DNA of 61,993 nucleotides. Origin: Thauera sp. Lineage in GTDB: Bacteria; Pseudomonadota; Gammaproteobacteria; Burkholderiales; Rhodocyclaceae. Made by a program: the position numbers and the translations under genes. How positions within the stretch are numbered: the stretch's first letter is position 1; each line of letters opens with the position of its first letter. The DNA lies in assembly GCA_030603925.1 (NCBI GenBank), contig JAUVWV010000001.1, positions 1 to 61,993 of the forward strand, in the 5' to 3' direction. Positions 10,239 through 20,018 of the stretch are shown here, in pieces. The notes beneath the pieces were generated by a model. It was not told the DNA's origin, searched no databases, and saw only the letters and a list, made by a program, of their open reading frames with translations.

Positions 10239-11732
10239 TCACTGCCCTCCCGCGCCGCGCACGGCGCCGATGTAGCCCGATGGATCGGCCAGTTGTGCCG
10301 CTGCCGCGTTCGCGTAGTCCATCACCGGCCCGGCGCCCAGGCCGATCAGCACGGTGATTGCCGCCAGCGCCGCCACCACGGCAAAGGCCGGGCGCAGGCC
10401 GGCCGGTTCGCGCAATGCCGCGGCGCCGCCCGGATGGGCCTTCAGGAAGGCCTCGTTCCAGATCTTGCTCATCGACAGCAGGGTAAACACACCAGTGACC
10501 AACGCCACCGCCGCCGCCACCCAGGCACCGATATCGAGACTCGCCTTGACCAGCACGAACTTGGCCCAGAAACCGGACAGCGGCGGAATGCCGGCCAGCG
10601 ACAGCGCCGGGATGGCAAACAGGATCGCCAGCCAGGGCGCTCGCGCGTACAAGCCGCCCATCGCCGCGAGGCGCTCCGAACCGGCCATGCGCGCCGCCAG
10701 CCCGCCGATGAAGAACAGGTTGGCCTTCACCACGATGTGGTGGATCAGGTAGAACACCGCCCCGGCCAGCGCCAGCGGGGTGGCGAGCGCCAGCCCCAGC
10801 ACCATGTAGCCGACCTGGCTGACGATGTGGAAGGACAGGATGCGGCGCACCTCGGTCTGTGCCGCCGCACCGAGCACGCCGACCAGCATGGTCAGGCAGG
10901 CCACCCACAGCAACACCTCGTGCACCACACCGGCCTGCGGCCACACCAGGGTGACGATGCGGATCAGCGCATACACCCCGACCTTGGTCAGCAGGCCGGC
11001 GAACAGCGCCGACACCGGCGACCACGCCACGTGGTAGGAGGCCGGCAGCCAGCCGAATACCGGGAACAACGCCGCCTTGATCGAGAAGGCGAGCAGCATC
11101 AGCACCACCGCCACCGTGCCGCCCGCGGGAATCTCGCCCGCCGCCGAGAGCTGCGCCAGCTCGGCCATGTTCAGCGTGCCGGTGGCGCCGTACAGCAGGC
11201 CGGCGGAGAGCAGGAAGAGCAAGGTGGCGAGCAGGTTGAGGAAGAGATACACCACCGTGCCGGAAAGCCGGCGCGCACCGTCGCCCAGCACGATCAGGGC
11301 GAAGGAGGCGATCAGCAGCACCTCGAACCACACATACAGGTTGAACACGTCGCCGGTGATGAAGGTCCCGCACACCCCGGTGAGCAGCCCCTGCACGAAG
11401 AGGTGGAAGTCGCGCCCGCCGGCCGGATCGCCCTCGCGCACCAGGCCATACACCACGGTCGCCAGGCCGATCACCCCGGTGATCGCCACCATCGCCGCGG
11501 ACAGCCGGTCGATCACCAGCGAGATGCCATAGGGCGCCTGCCAGCCGCCCATCTGTCCGGCCAGGATGACGCCTTCGCCGGCCAGGCCGACCAGGCGCAG
11601 CCCGACCAGGGTGAGCAACGCGGCGCCCGCAACGCTGAGCGCGGCCACCACACCCGGGTTGCGCCGCAGCAGCATGCACAGGATCAGGGTGGCCAGCGGC
11701 ACCAGCACCGGCGCGACGAGCAAACCGCTCAT
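10239..11732 (-). CDS. mrpD: Monovalent cation/H+ antiporter subunit D
   Basis: TGDVFNLYVWFEVLL, TGTLNMAEL, WLPASY, LLTKVGVYA, GIPPLSGFWAK. Confidence 0.95.
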   Translation of the reverse strand: MSGLLVAPVLVPLATLILCMLLRRNPGVVAALSVAGAALLTLVGLRLVGLAGEGVILAGQMGGWQAPYGISLVIDRLSAAMVAITGVIGLATVVYGLVREGDPAGGRDFHLFVQGLLTGVCGTFITGDVFNLYVWFEVLLIASFALIVLGDGARRLSGTVVYLFLNLLATLLFLLSAGLLYGATGTLNMAELAQLSAAGEIPAGGTVAVVLMLLAFSIKAALFPVFGWLPASYHVAWSPVSALFAGLLTKVGVYALIRIVTLVWPQAGVVHEVLLWVACLTMLVGVLGAAAQTEVRRILSFHIVSQVGYMVLGLALATPLALAGAVFYLIHHIVVKANLFFIGGLAARMAGSERLAAMGGLYARAPWLAILFAIPALSLAGIPPLSGFWAKFVLVKASLDIGAWVAAAVALVTGVFTLLSMSKIWNEAFLKAHPGGAAALREPAGLRPAFAVVAALAAITVLIGLGAGPVMDYANAAAAQLADPSGYIGAVRGAGGQ

Positions 11733-12121
11733 GCCGGCCCTCCGGGGCGAAGCGGGGTTTCCGGCAGATCGGGCGCAGGCTCCTCGGCGAGCGCGGTGAC
11801 CCGGTCGGTCTCGGTGGTGCCATGCGTCTCCCAGGTCCGCTTGAGTACCGCCAGGGCGAACACGAACAACGCAAAGCCGATCACGATCGCGGTCAGCACC
11901 AGGGCCTGCGGCAACGGGTTGGCGGCCTGCAGCGGCACCTCGCCCTGCGCGACGAAGGCGGCCGCCCGGCTGCCGAAGCGGCCCGCGGTCAGCACCCCGA
12001 GGTTGATCGCATTGCCGATCACCACCACACCCAGCACCACGCGCACCAGATTGCGGTCCAGCAACAGCCAGATGCCGATGGCCACCAACGCACCCACGGT
12101 CAGTGCCGCAACAATCTCCAT
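11729..12121 (-). CDS. mrpC: Monovalent cation/H+ antiporter subunit C
   Basis: Start MEIVAAL; NPLPQALVLTAIVIGFA. Confidence 0.93.
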   Translation of the reverse strand: MEIVAALTVGALVAIGIWLLLDRNLVRVVLGVVVIGNAINLGVLTAGRFGSRAAAFVAQGEVPLQAANPLPQALVLTAIVIGFALFVFALAVLKRTWETHGTTETDRVTALAEEPAPDLPETPLRPGGPA

Positions 12122-12122
12122 C

Positions 12123-14852
12123 TCAGGCCTCCTCGCTTTCCAGCAGGCGGAACAGCATGTGCAGGACCGCCCCGAACACCGTGAGGAACACCCCCACATC
12201 GAACAGCAGCGGCGTGCCGAGCGGCAATCCGCCGGGGAAGGCCCAGCCGCCGGTGAGGAACTGCCCGCCGCCGAGCAGGCCGATCACCCCGGCACCGACC
12301 GCGCAGGCCAGCCCCAGCCCCGACACCCAGGCGGGCGACACCCGCAGCAGACGGCGCGCCAGCGGCACACCGAAGGCCAGCGCCAGCAGCACCAGCGCAC
12401 AGGCCGCCACCAGGCTGCCGATGAAGCCGCCGCCCGGCAGATTGTGTCCGCGCCACAGCAGCACCAGCGACACCAGCAGCAACAGGCCGGCGAGCGGCTT
12501 GACGCCCTGGCGCAGGAACACCGAATCGAATTCGGCCCGCCCGCCGTGGCGCGCCGCCCCCGTCCCGCGCCCGGCGCCGAGCAGCGTGGCCGCGGCCAGC
12601 CCGGCCAGCGCCACCACCAGGATCTCGCCCAGGGTATCCAGCGCGCGGAAATCCACCAGGATCACATTCACCACGTTCGCACCGTGCCCGCCCGGCAGGC
12701 TGTTGGCCAGATACCAGGCGGCGATGTCGCCGGGCAGCGGCTGGCTGAGCGCAGCGATCACCACACCGGCCGCGGTCAGGCCGAACAGCACGGCCACTGC
12801 GGCATGGATGCGCCGCACCCGCGGAGCGCGCGAGCCGACCACGCCCATGGGCGGCATGCGCCGCAGCACCAGGGCGAGGAACACCACGGTGAGCGTTTCC
12901 ACCATCAGCTGGGTGATCGCCACGTCCGGCGCATTGGCCGCGAGGAAGAACAACGCCAGGCCGAGACCGGACAGCCCCAGCGCGGCCACCAGCGCCAGCC
13001 GGCCCTTCATCACCGCCGCGCCGGCCGCCCCGCCCACCGCCAGGACACAGCCCGCCAGCCCGGCGGGGCTGAGCGGCGACACGCTGCCCACACCGGCGAA
13101 ACTGCCGGCCATGCTCAGCACGCCGAACAGCGCCGTGGCACTGGCCACGAGCACCAGCAGGGTCATGTGACGGCGTAGCGAACCGTGCTGGAAGTTGCTC
13201 GCCAGGGTACCGGCGAAGACGAAGATGCGCTTCAGCATGCGGTCCCAGATCAGGTCCCCGCTGATGCGCCAGAACACCCGCCAGCGCGCCAGGCGGTGAC
13301 GCACCTCGTAGCGGTAGACGTAGCCCAGCGCACCGAGCGCGACAGTGAGCGCGCTGGCCACCAGGGCGGGCGTGATGCCGCCCCACAGGTACAGGTGCAC
13401 CTCCACCGGCCCGCGCGACACCGCCTGCACCGCGCTGTTGACCAGCCAGACCTCGGGCAGGTTGTTGAACGCGCCGAGGATGAAGCCGCCGATCGCCAGC
13501 ACCATAGGGCCGAGCCACATCGGCATGCTGACCTCGTGCGGTTCGCGCAGATAGCGCCCCTGGCGCCCCAGGAAGGTGCGAATGAACACCAGCCCTGCGG
13601 CGGTCAGCAAGAGCGCGTTGGTGGCCACCATCACCCCCGCGGTCAGCCAGCCCAGCGGGCCGAACTCGATCAGCCCGGTGTACTTGAACTCCTTGGCGAT
13701 GAAACCGAAGAAAGGCGGCAGACCGGCATTGGAAAAGGCCGCCAGGGCAACCGCCGCACCGGTGAGCGGCATGTAGCGGATCAGCCCCCCCAGACGGCCC
13801 AGCTCACGCGTGCCGGTGGCGTGATCGACCGCACCCACGGCCATGAACAGCGCGCCCTTGTAAAGCGAATGCGCCAGCAGGTAGATCACGAAGGCCTGCA
13901 GGCCGTAGGTGGTGTTTGTGCCGATCAGCATGGTGAGCTGGCCCAGCACGGTGACCGTGGTATAGGCCAGGATGCGCTTCAGGTCGGTCTGGCGGATCGC
14001 CAGCACTGCGCCGACCAGCGCGGTGGCCGCGCCCACCACCACCAGGATGGTGCCCCAGCCGTCCGGCCCGCCGAACACCGGGTTGAGGCGGGCGAGCAGG
14101 TACACGCCGGCCTTCACCATGGTGGCCGAGTGCAGATAGGCCGACACCGGGGTGGGTGCGGCCATCGCATTGGGCAGCCACAGGTGGAAGGGCAACTGGG
14201 CAGACTTGGTGAAGCAGCCGATCAGCACCAGCACGATGATCGCCGGGTACAGCGCATGCCCGTCCAGCGCTTCGGCGTCGAGCGCCGAGAACTGCCAGGC
14301 ATCGGCGGCCGCACCGAGCAGAATCAGGCCCGCAAGCAGCGCCAGCCCGCCGCCGCCGGTGATCAGCAGGGCCTGCAGCGCGGCGCGGCGCGAGTCGCTC
14401 TTCTCGTGCTGGAAGCTGATCAGCAGGTAGGACGAGATGCTGGTGAGTTCCCAGAACACGAACATCGCGATCAGGTCGTCGGCCAGCACCAGCCCCAGCA
14501 TCGAGGCCATGAAGCCTAGCAGGTAGGCGTAGAAGCGCCCCAGATGGTGGTGGTCGGAGAGATAGGCGCCGGCATACAGCACGATCAGCGTGCCGATGCC
14601 GGACACCAGCAGGGCGAACAACAGGGAGAGCCCGTCCAGGCGGAAGGCCAGCGCGGCATCGAGCGCCGGCACCCAGGCGATCGACTCCATCACCGCCCCG
14701 CCGGCGGCGACGACCGGTACCTGCAGCACGAACCAGACGAAGGCGGCAAACGGCCCCAGCGCGAGCAGGAAGCCCGCGCGGTCGTCGAGCAGGCGTGACA
14801 GCACCGGCGCAAAGGCCATTGCAAGCGCGATGCCGAGCACCGCATTCAGCAC
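12123..14852 (-). CDS. mrpA: Monovalent cation/H+ antiporter subunit A, fused A+B type
   Basis: FWELTSISSYLLI, KSAQLPFHLWLPNAMAAPTPVSAYLHSATMVKAG, NVVNVILVDFRALDTLGE, MrpB-like GHNLPGGGF near the C-terminus; GTG start 14852 after GGGGAG. Confidence 0.95.
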   Translation of the reverse strand: MLNAVLGIALAMAFAPVLSRLLDDRAGFLLALGPFAAFVWFVLQVPVVAAGGAVMESIAWVPALDAALAFRLDGLSLLFALLVSGIGTLIVLYAGAYLSDHHHLGRFYAYLLGFMASMLGLVLADDLIAMFVFWELTSISSYLLISFQHEKSDSRRAALQALLITGGGGLALLAGLILLGAAADAWQFSALDAEALDGHALYPAIIVLVLIGCFTKSAQLPFHLWLPNAMAAPTPVSAYLHSATMVKAGVYLLARLNPVFGGPDGWGTILVVVGAATALVGAVLAIRQTDLKRILAYTTVTVLGQLTMLIGTNTTYGLQAFVIYLLAHSLYKGALFMAVGAVDHATGTRELGRLGGLIRYMPLTGAAVALAAFSNAGLPPFFGFIAKEFKYTGLIEFGPLGWLTAGVMVATNALLLTAAGLVFIRTFLGRQGRYLREPHEVSMPMWLGPMVLAIGGFILGAFNNLPEVWLVNSAVQAVSRGPVEVHLYLWGGITPALVASALTVALGALGYVYRYEVRHRLARWRVFWRISGDLIWDRMLKRIFVFAGTLASNFQHGSLRRHMTLLVLVASATALFGVLSMAGSFAGVGSVSPLSPAGLAGCVLAVGGAAGAAVMKGRLALVAALGLSGLGLALFFLAANAPDVAITQLMVETLTVVFLALVLRRMPPMGVVGSRAPRVRRIHAAVAVLFGLTAAGVVIAALSQPLPGDIAAWYLANSLPGGHGANVVNVILVDFRALDTLGEILVVALAGLAAATLLGAGRGTGAARHGGRAEFDSVFLRQGVKPLAGLLLLVSLVLLWRGHNLPGGGFIGSLVAACALVLLALAFGVPLARRLLRVSPAWVSGLGLACAVGAGVIGLLGGGQFLTGGWAFPGGLPLGTPLLFDVGVFLTVFGAVLHMLFRLLESEEA

Positions 14853-14897
14853 GGCAGGACTCCCCGGCGCGACGTGCCGTCCATGAATCTCCCCTTT

Positions 14898-14936
14898 AAC
14901 AAGCAAAACGCCCGGCAAGGGCGCATGCGTCTTGTT
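14898..14936 (-). promoter_or_regulatory. Hairpin upstream of the mrp operon (terminator or leader structure)
   Basis: Minus strand AACAAG-ACGCATG-CGCCC-TTGCC-GGGCG-TTTTG-CTTGTT. Confidence 0.5.
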
Positions 14937-15001
14937 GGCAATGTAGTCCTACTGACCGGGGTGCAACATCGCGGGTTCCCCTGATCGGCGCCGCTACGCC
15001 C

Positions 15002-15496
15002 TCAGAGCGCGGCGAGCTTCGCCAGATAGGCCGCCCTGACGGCTTCGATCCGCTTGCGGTTCACGCCGAAATCCTTGCGCCCGAGACGGCTCGCCGAGCG
15101 CAATTCGATCGCACCGCTGGCCGGGTCGAACCAGAATTCCAGGTCGTCGACGAAGCGCAGCCAGCGGGTGCGCGCCTCGGCGCGCAGGTAGTCGGTGCGC
15201 CGCTCGACCAGCGTCACCCCGGGCGTGGCCAGCAGCACCTCGGCGAGCAGCTGCATGGCCCGTACGGCATCCTTGCCATGCAGGGGCAGCGGCGCGATCG
15301 CCGCATAGCCGCGTTGCGGGTGCTCGGGGTACAGCCCGGCCTGGCTGCTGACGCTGTTGGGGGTGGGCGACGGCGGCTTGAAACGCCCCGCGTCGACGCC
15401 GAGATCGTCCGGCCGCTGACCTTCCAGCAGGCCGATGCGTGCGCCGAGCAGGAGAAGGACGAACAGTACGAGCGCTGCATACAGCACGATCTTCAT
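15002..15496 (-). CDS. DUF1499 domain protein
   Basis: PTPNSVSSQ, LRFVDDLEF, RSASRLGRKDFGVNRKRIE; start MKIVLY after GGAGGTG. Confidence 0.9.
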   Translation of the reverse strand: MKIVLYAALVLFVLLLLGARIGLLEGQRPDDLGVDAGRFKPPSPTPNSVSSQAGLYPEHPQRGYAAIAPLPLHGKDAVRAMQLLAEVLLATPGVTLVERRTDYLRAEARTRWLRFVDDLEFWFDPASGAIELRSASRLGRKDFGVNRKRIEAVRAAYLAKLAAL

Positions 15497-15542
15497 CGAC
15501 CACCTCCCGTTCCGTTCTTCCGTGCCTGCTTCGCAGGGTACC

Positions 15543-15570
15543 AAGAAAAAGGCCCGCACGCGGCGGGCCT
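15543..15570 (-). terminator. Rho-independent terminator after prpE
   Basis: AGGCCCGC/GCGGGCCT stem followed on the minus strand by TTTTCTT. Confidence 0.8.
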
Positions 15571-15593
15571 CGTCGGCACGGCTGGCGGGCCGA

Positions 15594-17492
15594 TCAGCTC
15601 GCCAGCGCGGCCTTGATCTGCTCCAGCGTGGACGGATCGTCGATGGTGGTCAGATCGCCCGGGTCGCGGCCTTCGGCCAGCGCCTGGATGGAGCGGCGCA
15701 GCATCTTGCCGGAGCGGGTCTTCGGCAGGCCGGTGATGAAGTGCACCCGGCTCGGCCGCGCGATCGCGCCCAGCATGCTGTCGACCGTCTTCATCACTTC
15801 CTTCTCGAGCGCCACGCGCTGCTCCGGCGTCTCGATGCTGGCGGCGTTCTTCACCACGGCGAAGGCCATCGGCATCTGGCCCTTGACCTCGTCGGCCACG
15901 CCCACCACCGCCACCTCGGCAATCGCCGCGTGGGCCTGCACCGCTTCCTCGATCTCGCGGGTGCCCAGGCGGTGGCCGGCAACGTTGATCACGTCATCCA
16001 TGCGGCCGAGGATGGTGTGATAGCCGTCGGCGTCCTTGATGCCCCAGTCGGACGACGAATACACCACCGGATCCTTGAACAGGCTGAAGTAGGTGGACAC
16101 GAAGCGCTCATCCTGGCCCCACACGGTGGACAGGCAGCCCGGCGGCAGCGGCGGCACGATGCCGACAATGCCCTTCTCGTTGGCACCGCACTCCGTGCCG
16201 TCCTCGCGGAAGATGCGCAGGTCGTAGCCATACACCGGGAAGGCGGGCGAGCCGAGCTTGATACGGCTTTCTTCGACGCCGCGGCAGATCGCCAGCATCG
16301 GCCAGCCGGTCTCGGTCTGCCAGTAGTTGTCGATCACCGGAATGCCCAGCTCGTCCATGATCCACTTGTGGCTGGTCTCGTCGAGCGGTTCGCCGGCCAG
16401 GAACAGGTGCTTGAGGGAGGACAGGTCGTACTTCTTCAGGTAGGCCGGATCCTGCTTCTTCAGCACGCGCACCGCGGTGGGCGCGGAGAACATCACGCTG
16501 ACCTTGTACTTCTCGACGATCTGCCACCAGATGCCGGCGTCCGGGCGCAGCGGCGTACCTTCGTACATCACCGTGGCCATGCCGGCCACCAGCGGGCCAT
16601 AGACGATGTAGCTGTGACCCACCACCCAGCCGATGTCCGAGGTGGAGAACATGGTCTCGCCCTCGCCGCCGGTGAAGATGTGCTTCATCGAGGCGGCCAG
16701 CGCAACGGTGTAGCCGCCGGTGTCGCGCTGCACGCCCTTCGGCTTGCCGGTGGTGCCGGAGGTGTACAGGATGTAGCTGGGTTCGGAGGATTCCAGCCAG
16801 GTCACCGGCACCTGCGCATCGATGTGCCTGGCGCGCAGGGTGGCGTAATCGACGTCGCGCCCCTCGACCCTGGGGAAGCCCTTGTCCAGGCCGCGGTCGA
16901 CGATCAGCACCTTGGCCGGCGGGAACTGCGCAAGCTTGCAGGCCTCGTCCACCAGGTGCTTGTAGGGCACCGGCTTGCCATTGCGCATGCCGGCGTCGGA
17001 GCTGACCATCAGCACCGGCTTGGCGTCGTCGATGCGGGTGGCGAGCGAGCCGGCCGCGAAACCGCCGAACACCACCGAGTGGATCGCGCCGATGCGCGCG
17101 CAGGCCAGCATGGCGAAGGCGGCTTCGGCGATCATCGGCATGTAGATCAGCACGCGGTCGCCGCGCTTGACCCCGAGATCCTGATAGATCGCCGCCATGC
17201 GCTCCACTTCGCGCTGCAGTTCGGCGAAGGAATAGACCTTCTCTTCGTTGGTCTCGGTGGAGATGTAGACCAGCGCGCGATCGTTCGGGCGCTTGGCCGC
17301 GTGGCGGTCCACCGCGTTGTAGCACAGGTTGGTTTCACCGCCCTTGAACCACTTGACGAACGGCGGGCGCGAGAAGTCGCACACCTGGTCGGCGGGCTTG
17401 TTCCAGTGCACCAGCTGGGCCTGTTCGGCCCAGAAACCGTCGCGATCCTCGATGGAACGGCGGTGGAATTCCTTGTAATCACTCATAAGCAT
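15594..17492 (-). CDS. prpE: Propionate--CoA ligase
   Basis: YILYTSGTTGKPKGVQRDTGGY, DNYWQTETGWP, GHRLGTREIEE, LPKTRSGK; start may be 17486. Confidence 0.93.
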   Translation of the reverse strand: MLMSDYKEFHRRSIEDRDGFWAEQAQLVHWNKPADQVCDFSRPPFVKWFKGGETNLCYNAVDRHAAKRPNDRALVYISTETNEEKVYSFAELQREVERMAAIYQDLGVKRGDRVLIYMPMIAEAAFAMLACARIGAIHSVVFGGFAAGSLATRIDDAKPVLMVSSDAGMRNGKPVPYKHLVDEACKLAQFPPAKVLIVDRGLDKGFPRVEGRDVDYATLRARHIDAQVPVTWLESSEPSYILYTSGTTGKPKGVQRDTGGYTVALAASMKHIFTGGEGETMFSTSDIGWVVGHSYIVYGPLVAGMATVMYEGTPLRPDAGIWWQIVEKYKVSVMFSAPTAVRVLKKQDPAYLKKYDLSSLKHLFLAGEPLDETSHKWIMDELGIPVIDNYWQTETGWPMLAICRGVEESRIKLGSPAFPVYGYDLRIFREDGTECGANEKGIVGIVPPLPPGCLSTVWGQDERFVSTYFSLFKDPVVYSSSDWGIKDADGYHTILGRMDDVINVAGHRLGTREIEEAVQAHAAIAEVAVVGVADEVKGQMPMAFAVVKNAASIETPEQRVALEKEVMKTVDSMLGAIARPSRVHFITGLPKTRSGKMLRRSIQALAEGRDPGDLTTIDDPSTLEQIKAALAS

Positions 17493-17596
17493 CCTCTCCC
17501 TTCAAGTTTCCCTACATGCCTGCATGAATCTGCGGATCATGGCCAGTGCGGCCCGTCCGCGTCTGTTGCCTGGTACGGCGTGGCCGCCAGGTCTTG

Positions 17597-18811
17597 TTAT
17601 ATCGACGTCCGGGTATAGTCCGTATCGTCGCCCTGCCCCGCCGATTCGCCCGCATGCTTGCGCAGCGCTTCGAGCGGGATGCCGCAGTTGAGTCGCGATT
17701 CTACCAATTCGAGCAGCGGAAGCAGGGTCGCGACAACATCCGGCATGCGTTCGCCCACTTCGTCGGCGGCCCCGGCCTTGAGCTGGAACAGCGCGTGGTC
17801 GATGCTCACCGCCTGGCGGAACACCTTCTCGACGAAATCGCGTCCGACCTCGCCCTGGTCGGCCACCACCTTGTTGCCGCCGGCCTCGCGCCCCTGCTGC
17901 GCACGCTGCACCGCCATGCCGATCAGGTGGCTGACGGTCTGCATGCCATCCACCGCGGAACAGGCCACGCCCGCAGTGACGCTGATGCGGATGCGCTCGT
18001 CGCGGTAGGTCATCACCACCTTCTCGATCGCGCGTTGCAGACGCAGCGCAAAGGCGCAGCAGCCCACCAGGTCGGTGCTTGGCGAGAGCACGGCGAACTG
18101 ATCCGGTGCGAGCTGCGCAACGGTGTCTTCCTTGCGCACCTTGGTGGCGAGGATCTTCGACAGCTTGCGCGTCACCAGCTGGGCGACATGCGGCCCATGC
18201 CACTCCATCAGCTGCTCGTAGTGATCGATCTCGATCACCATCGCGCTGATCTCCGACAGTTTGTCGCGCACCTCGCCGCCGTGGCGCTTGGCGAGTGCAA
18301 GCTCCTGCTCGGCATGCCAGGCCAGGTAGGCTTCGGTAGCCAGTCCGGTAGCCGGATCGACCGGGCTCTGCGCGGCCAGCGCGGCGCGGCTCTCCTCCAG
18401 TTCGCGGCTGGTCTGTACCAGACGCGACAGCGACTCCAGGCGGGCGACCAGTTCGGTGGCGCCGATGCCCTTGGTGATGAAATCGTTCGCACCCAGCTTG
18501 TAGGCCTTCTCGCGCGATTCGTCATCCTCTTCGCCCGAGATCACCACCACCGGCAGGTCGTGCACCCGGGTCAGCCTGGAACCGCGGATGCGCTCCAGCA
18601 GCCCGTAGCCGTCGAGGCGCGGCATGCCGATGTCGGTGATCACGATCTGGATCTCCGGATCGATCACCAGCGCTTCCCAGCCGGCTTCGCCGTCGGTTTC
18701 CTCTCTTACCAGGAAGCGATCCTTCAGGTTGCGCACGATGGACGCGCGCACCATGCGCGAATCGTCCACGATCAGCACCTTGGGGCGCGCTTCCTTGGCC
18801 TGTTCACTCAT
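17597..18811 (-). CDS. Response regulator (REC) with a degenerate GGDEF domain
   Basis: LIVDDS, TDIGMPRLDG, FITK receiver; DPATGL...RKEDTVAQLAPDQF in place of GGDEF. Confidence 0.88.
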   Translation of the reverse strand: MSEQAKEARPKVLIVDDSRMVRASIVRNLKDRFLVREETDGEAGWEALVIDPEIQIVITDIGMPRLDGYGLLERIRGSRLTRVHDLPVVVISGEEDDESREKAYKLGANDFITKGIGATELVARLESLSRLVQTSRELEESRAALAAQSPVDPATGLATEAYLAWHAEQELALAKRHGGEVRDKLSEISAMVIEIDHYEQLMEWHGPHVAQLVTRKLSKILATKVRKEDTVAQLAPDQFAVLSPSTDLVGCCAFALRLQRAIEKVVMTYRDERIRISVTAGVACSAVDGMQTVSHLIGMAVQRAQQGREAGGNKVVADQGEVGRDFVEKVFRQAVSIDHALFQLKAGAADEVGERMPDVVATLLPLLELVESRLNCGIPLEALRKHAGESAGQGDDTDYTRTSI

Positions 18812-18835
18812 CGGGTGCTGGCTCCGCTTGGACGG

Positions 18836-19831
18836 TCAGGCGATGCGCACGACCGTGCGCCCCTTGACCTCGCCCTTGATATAGGCCGCAAATGCGGACG
18901 GCAGCTCGTCGAGCGTGATCGTGCGGGTCACCGCCGCCAGGTGGCGCGGCTTCAGGTCTGCCCCCAGACGCTCCCACACCTTCTGGCGCAGTGGGAAGCC
19001 CATGTAGCCGGAATCGACCCCGAGCAGGCTCACCCCGCGCAGGATGAAGGGGAACACCGTGGTCTCGATGTTGAAGCTCGCCGCATTGCCGATGCTCGCC
19101 ACCGTGCCGGCCTGCTTCATCGTGGCCAGCACCCAGTGCAGGATCTGCCCGCCCACGTTGTCCACCGCGCCGGCCCAGCGCGCGCCCTCCAGCGGGCGCA
19201 CCTTGTCGAAATCGATGCTCGAGCGCAGCAGGATCTCCGCCGCGCCCAGACCCTTCAGGTAGCCGCATTCCGCCTCCTTGCCGGTGAGCGCCACCACGTG
19301 GTATCCGAGCTGCGCCAGCATGTCGATCGCCAGCCCGCCCACCCCGCCGGTGGCACCGGTCACCAGCACCGGACCGTTGGCCGGCGCCAGGCCGTTGTCC
19401 TCCATGCGCACGATGCCCAGCGCGGCTGTGAACCCGGCCGTGCCCAGCGCCATGGCCTCGAACAGGTCCAGCCCTGCCGGCAGCGGCACCACCCATCCAG
19501 CGGGAATGCGCGCGTACTCGGCGTAGCCGCCGTGATGCGCCACGCCGATGTCGAAGCTGGTGGCGATCACCGCGTCGCCCGGCTTGAAGCGCGCATCGGC
19601 GCTCTCCACCACCTCTCCGGAGAGATCGATGCCACCGACGCAGGGAAAGCGGCGGATGATCTTGCCGGCCCCGGTGGCCGCCAGCGCATCCTTGTAGTTG
19701 ATGCTGGAGTAACGGACCTTGATCAGCACCTCGCCGGCATCGAGCTGCTCGGCCGTGAGGGTCTTCAGGCCGCTGACGACCTTGCGCTCGTCATCCTGCT
19801 CGATCAACAGGGCTTTGAAGGGTGCGATCAC
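18836..19831 (-). CDS. YhdH/AcuI-family oxidoreductase (putative acryloyl-CoA reductase)
   Basis: YSSINYKDALA, MALGTAGFTAAL, VTGATGGVG, PFILRGVSLLGVDS; GTG start after AGGAG. Confidence 0.9.
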   Translation of the reverse strand: MIAPFKALLIEQDDERKVVSGLKTLTAEQLDAGEVLIKVRYSSINYKDALAATGAGKIIRRFPCVGGIDLSGEVVESADARFKPGDAVIATSFDIGVAHHGGYAEYARIPAGWVVPLPAGLDLFEAMALGTAGFTAALGIVRMEDNGLAPANGPVLVTGATGGVGGLAIDMLAQLGYHVVALTGKEAECGYLKGLGAAEILLRSSIDFDKVRPLEGARWAGAVDNVGGQILHWVLATMKQAGTVASIGNAASFNIETTVFPFILRGVSLLGVDSGYMGFPLRQKVWERLGADLKPRHLAAVTRTITLDELPSAFAAYIKGEVKGRTVVRIA

Positions 19832-19956
19832 GGCGAGGCGTCTCCTGGTGGGCGGTGCGGCACGACCGGGCCGCTGCACGATTCGGAAAATACTCGCCGA
19901 TTATAGCGAAATCGCCCGCTGCGTCCCGTGTACGGCGCACATCGGCATGCCGGGCT

Positions 19957-19983
19957 TTCAGTTCCCGCCGGGCGGGCCGATAA
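19957..19983 (+). promoter_or_regulatory. Putative sigma28 (FliA) promoter
   Basis: TTCAG-N14-GCCGATAA 35 bp upstream of the HDOD gene. Confidence 0.65.
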
Positions 19984-20018
19984 TCTCCCACACATCGTTA
20001 CGCCACGGAGTCGCTTCC

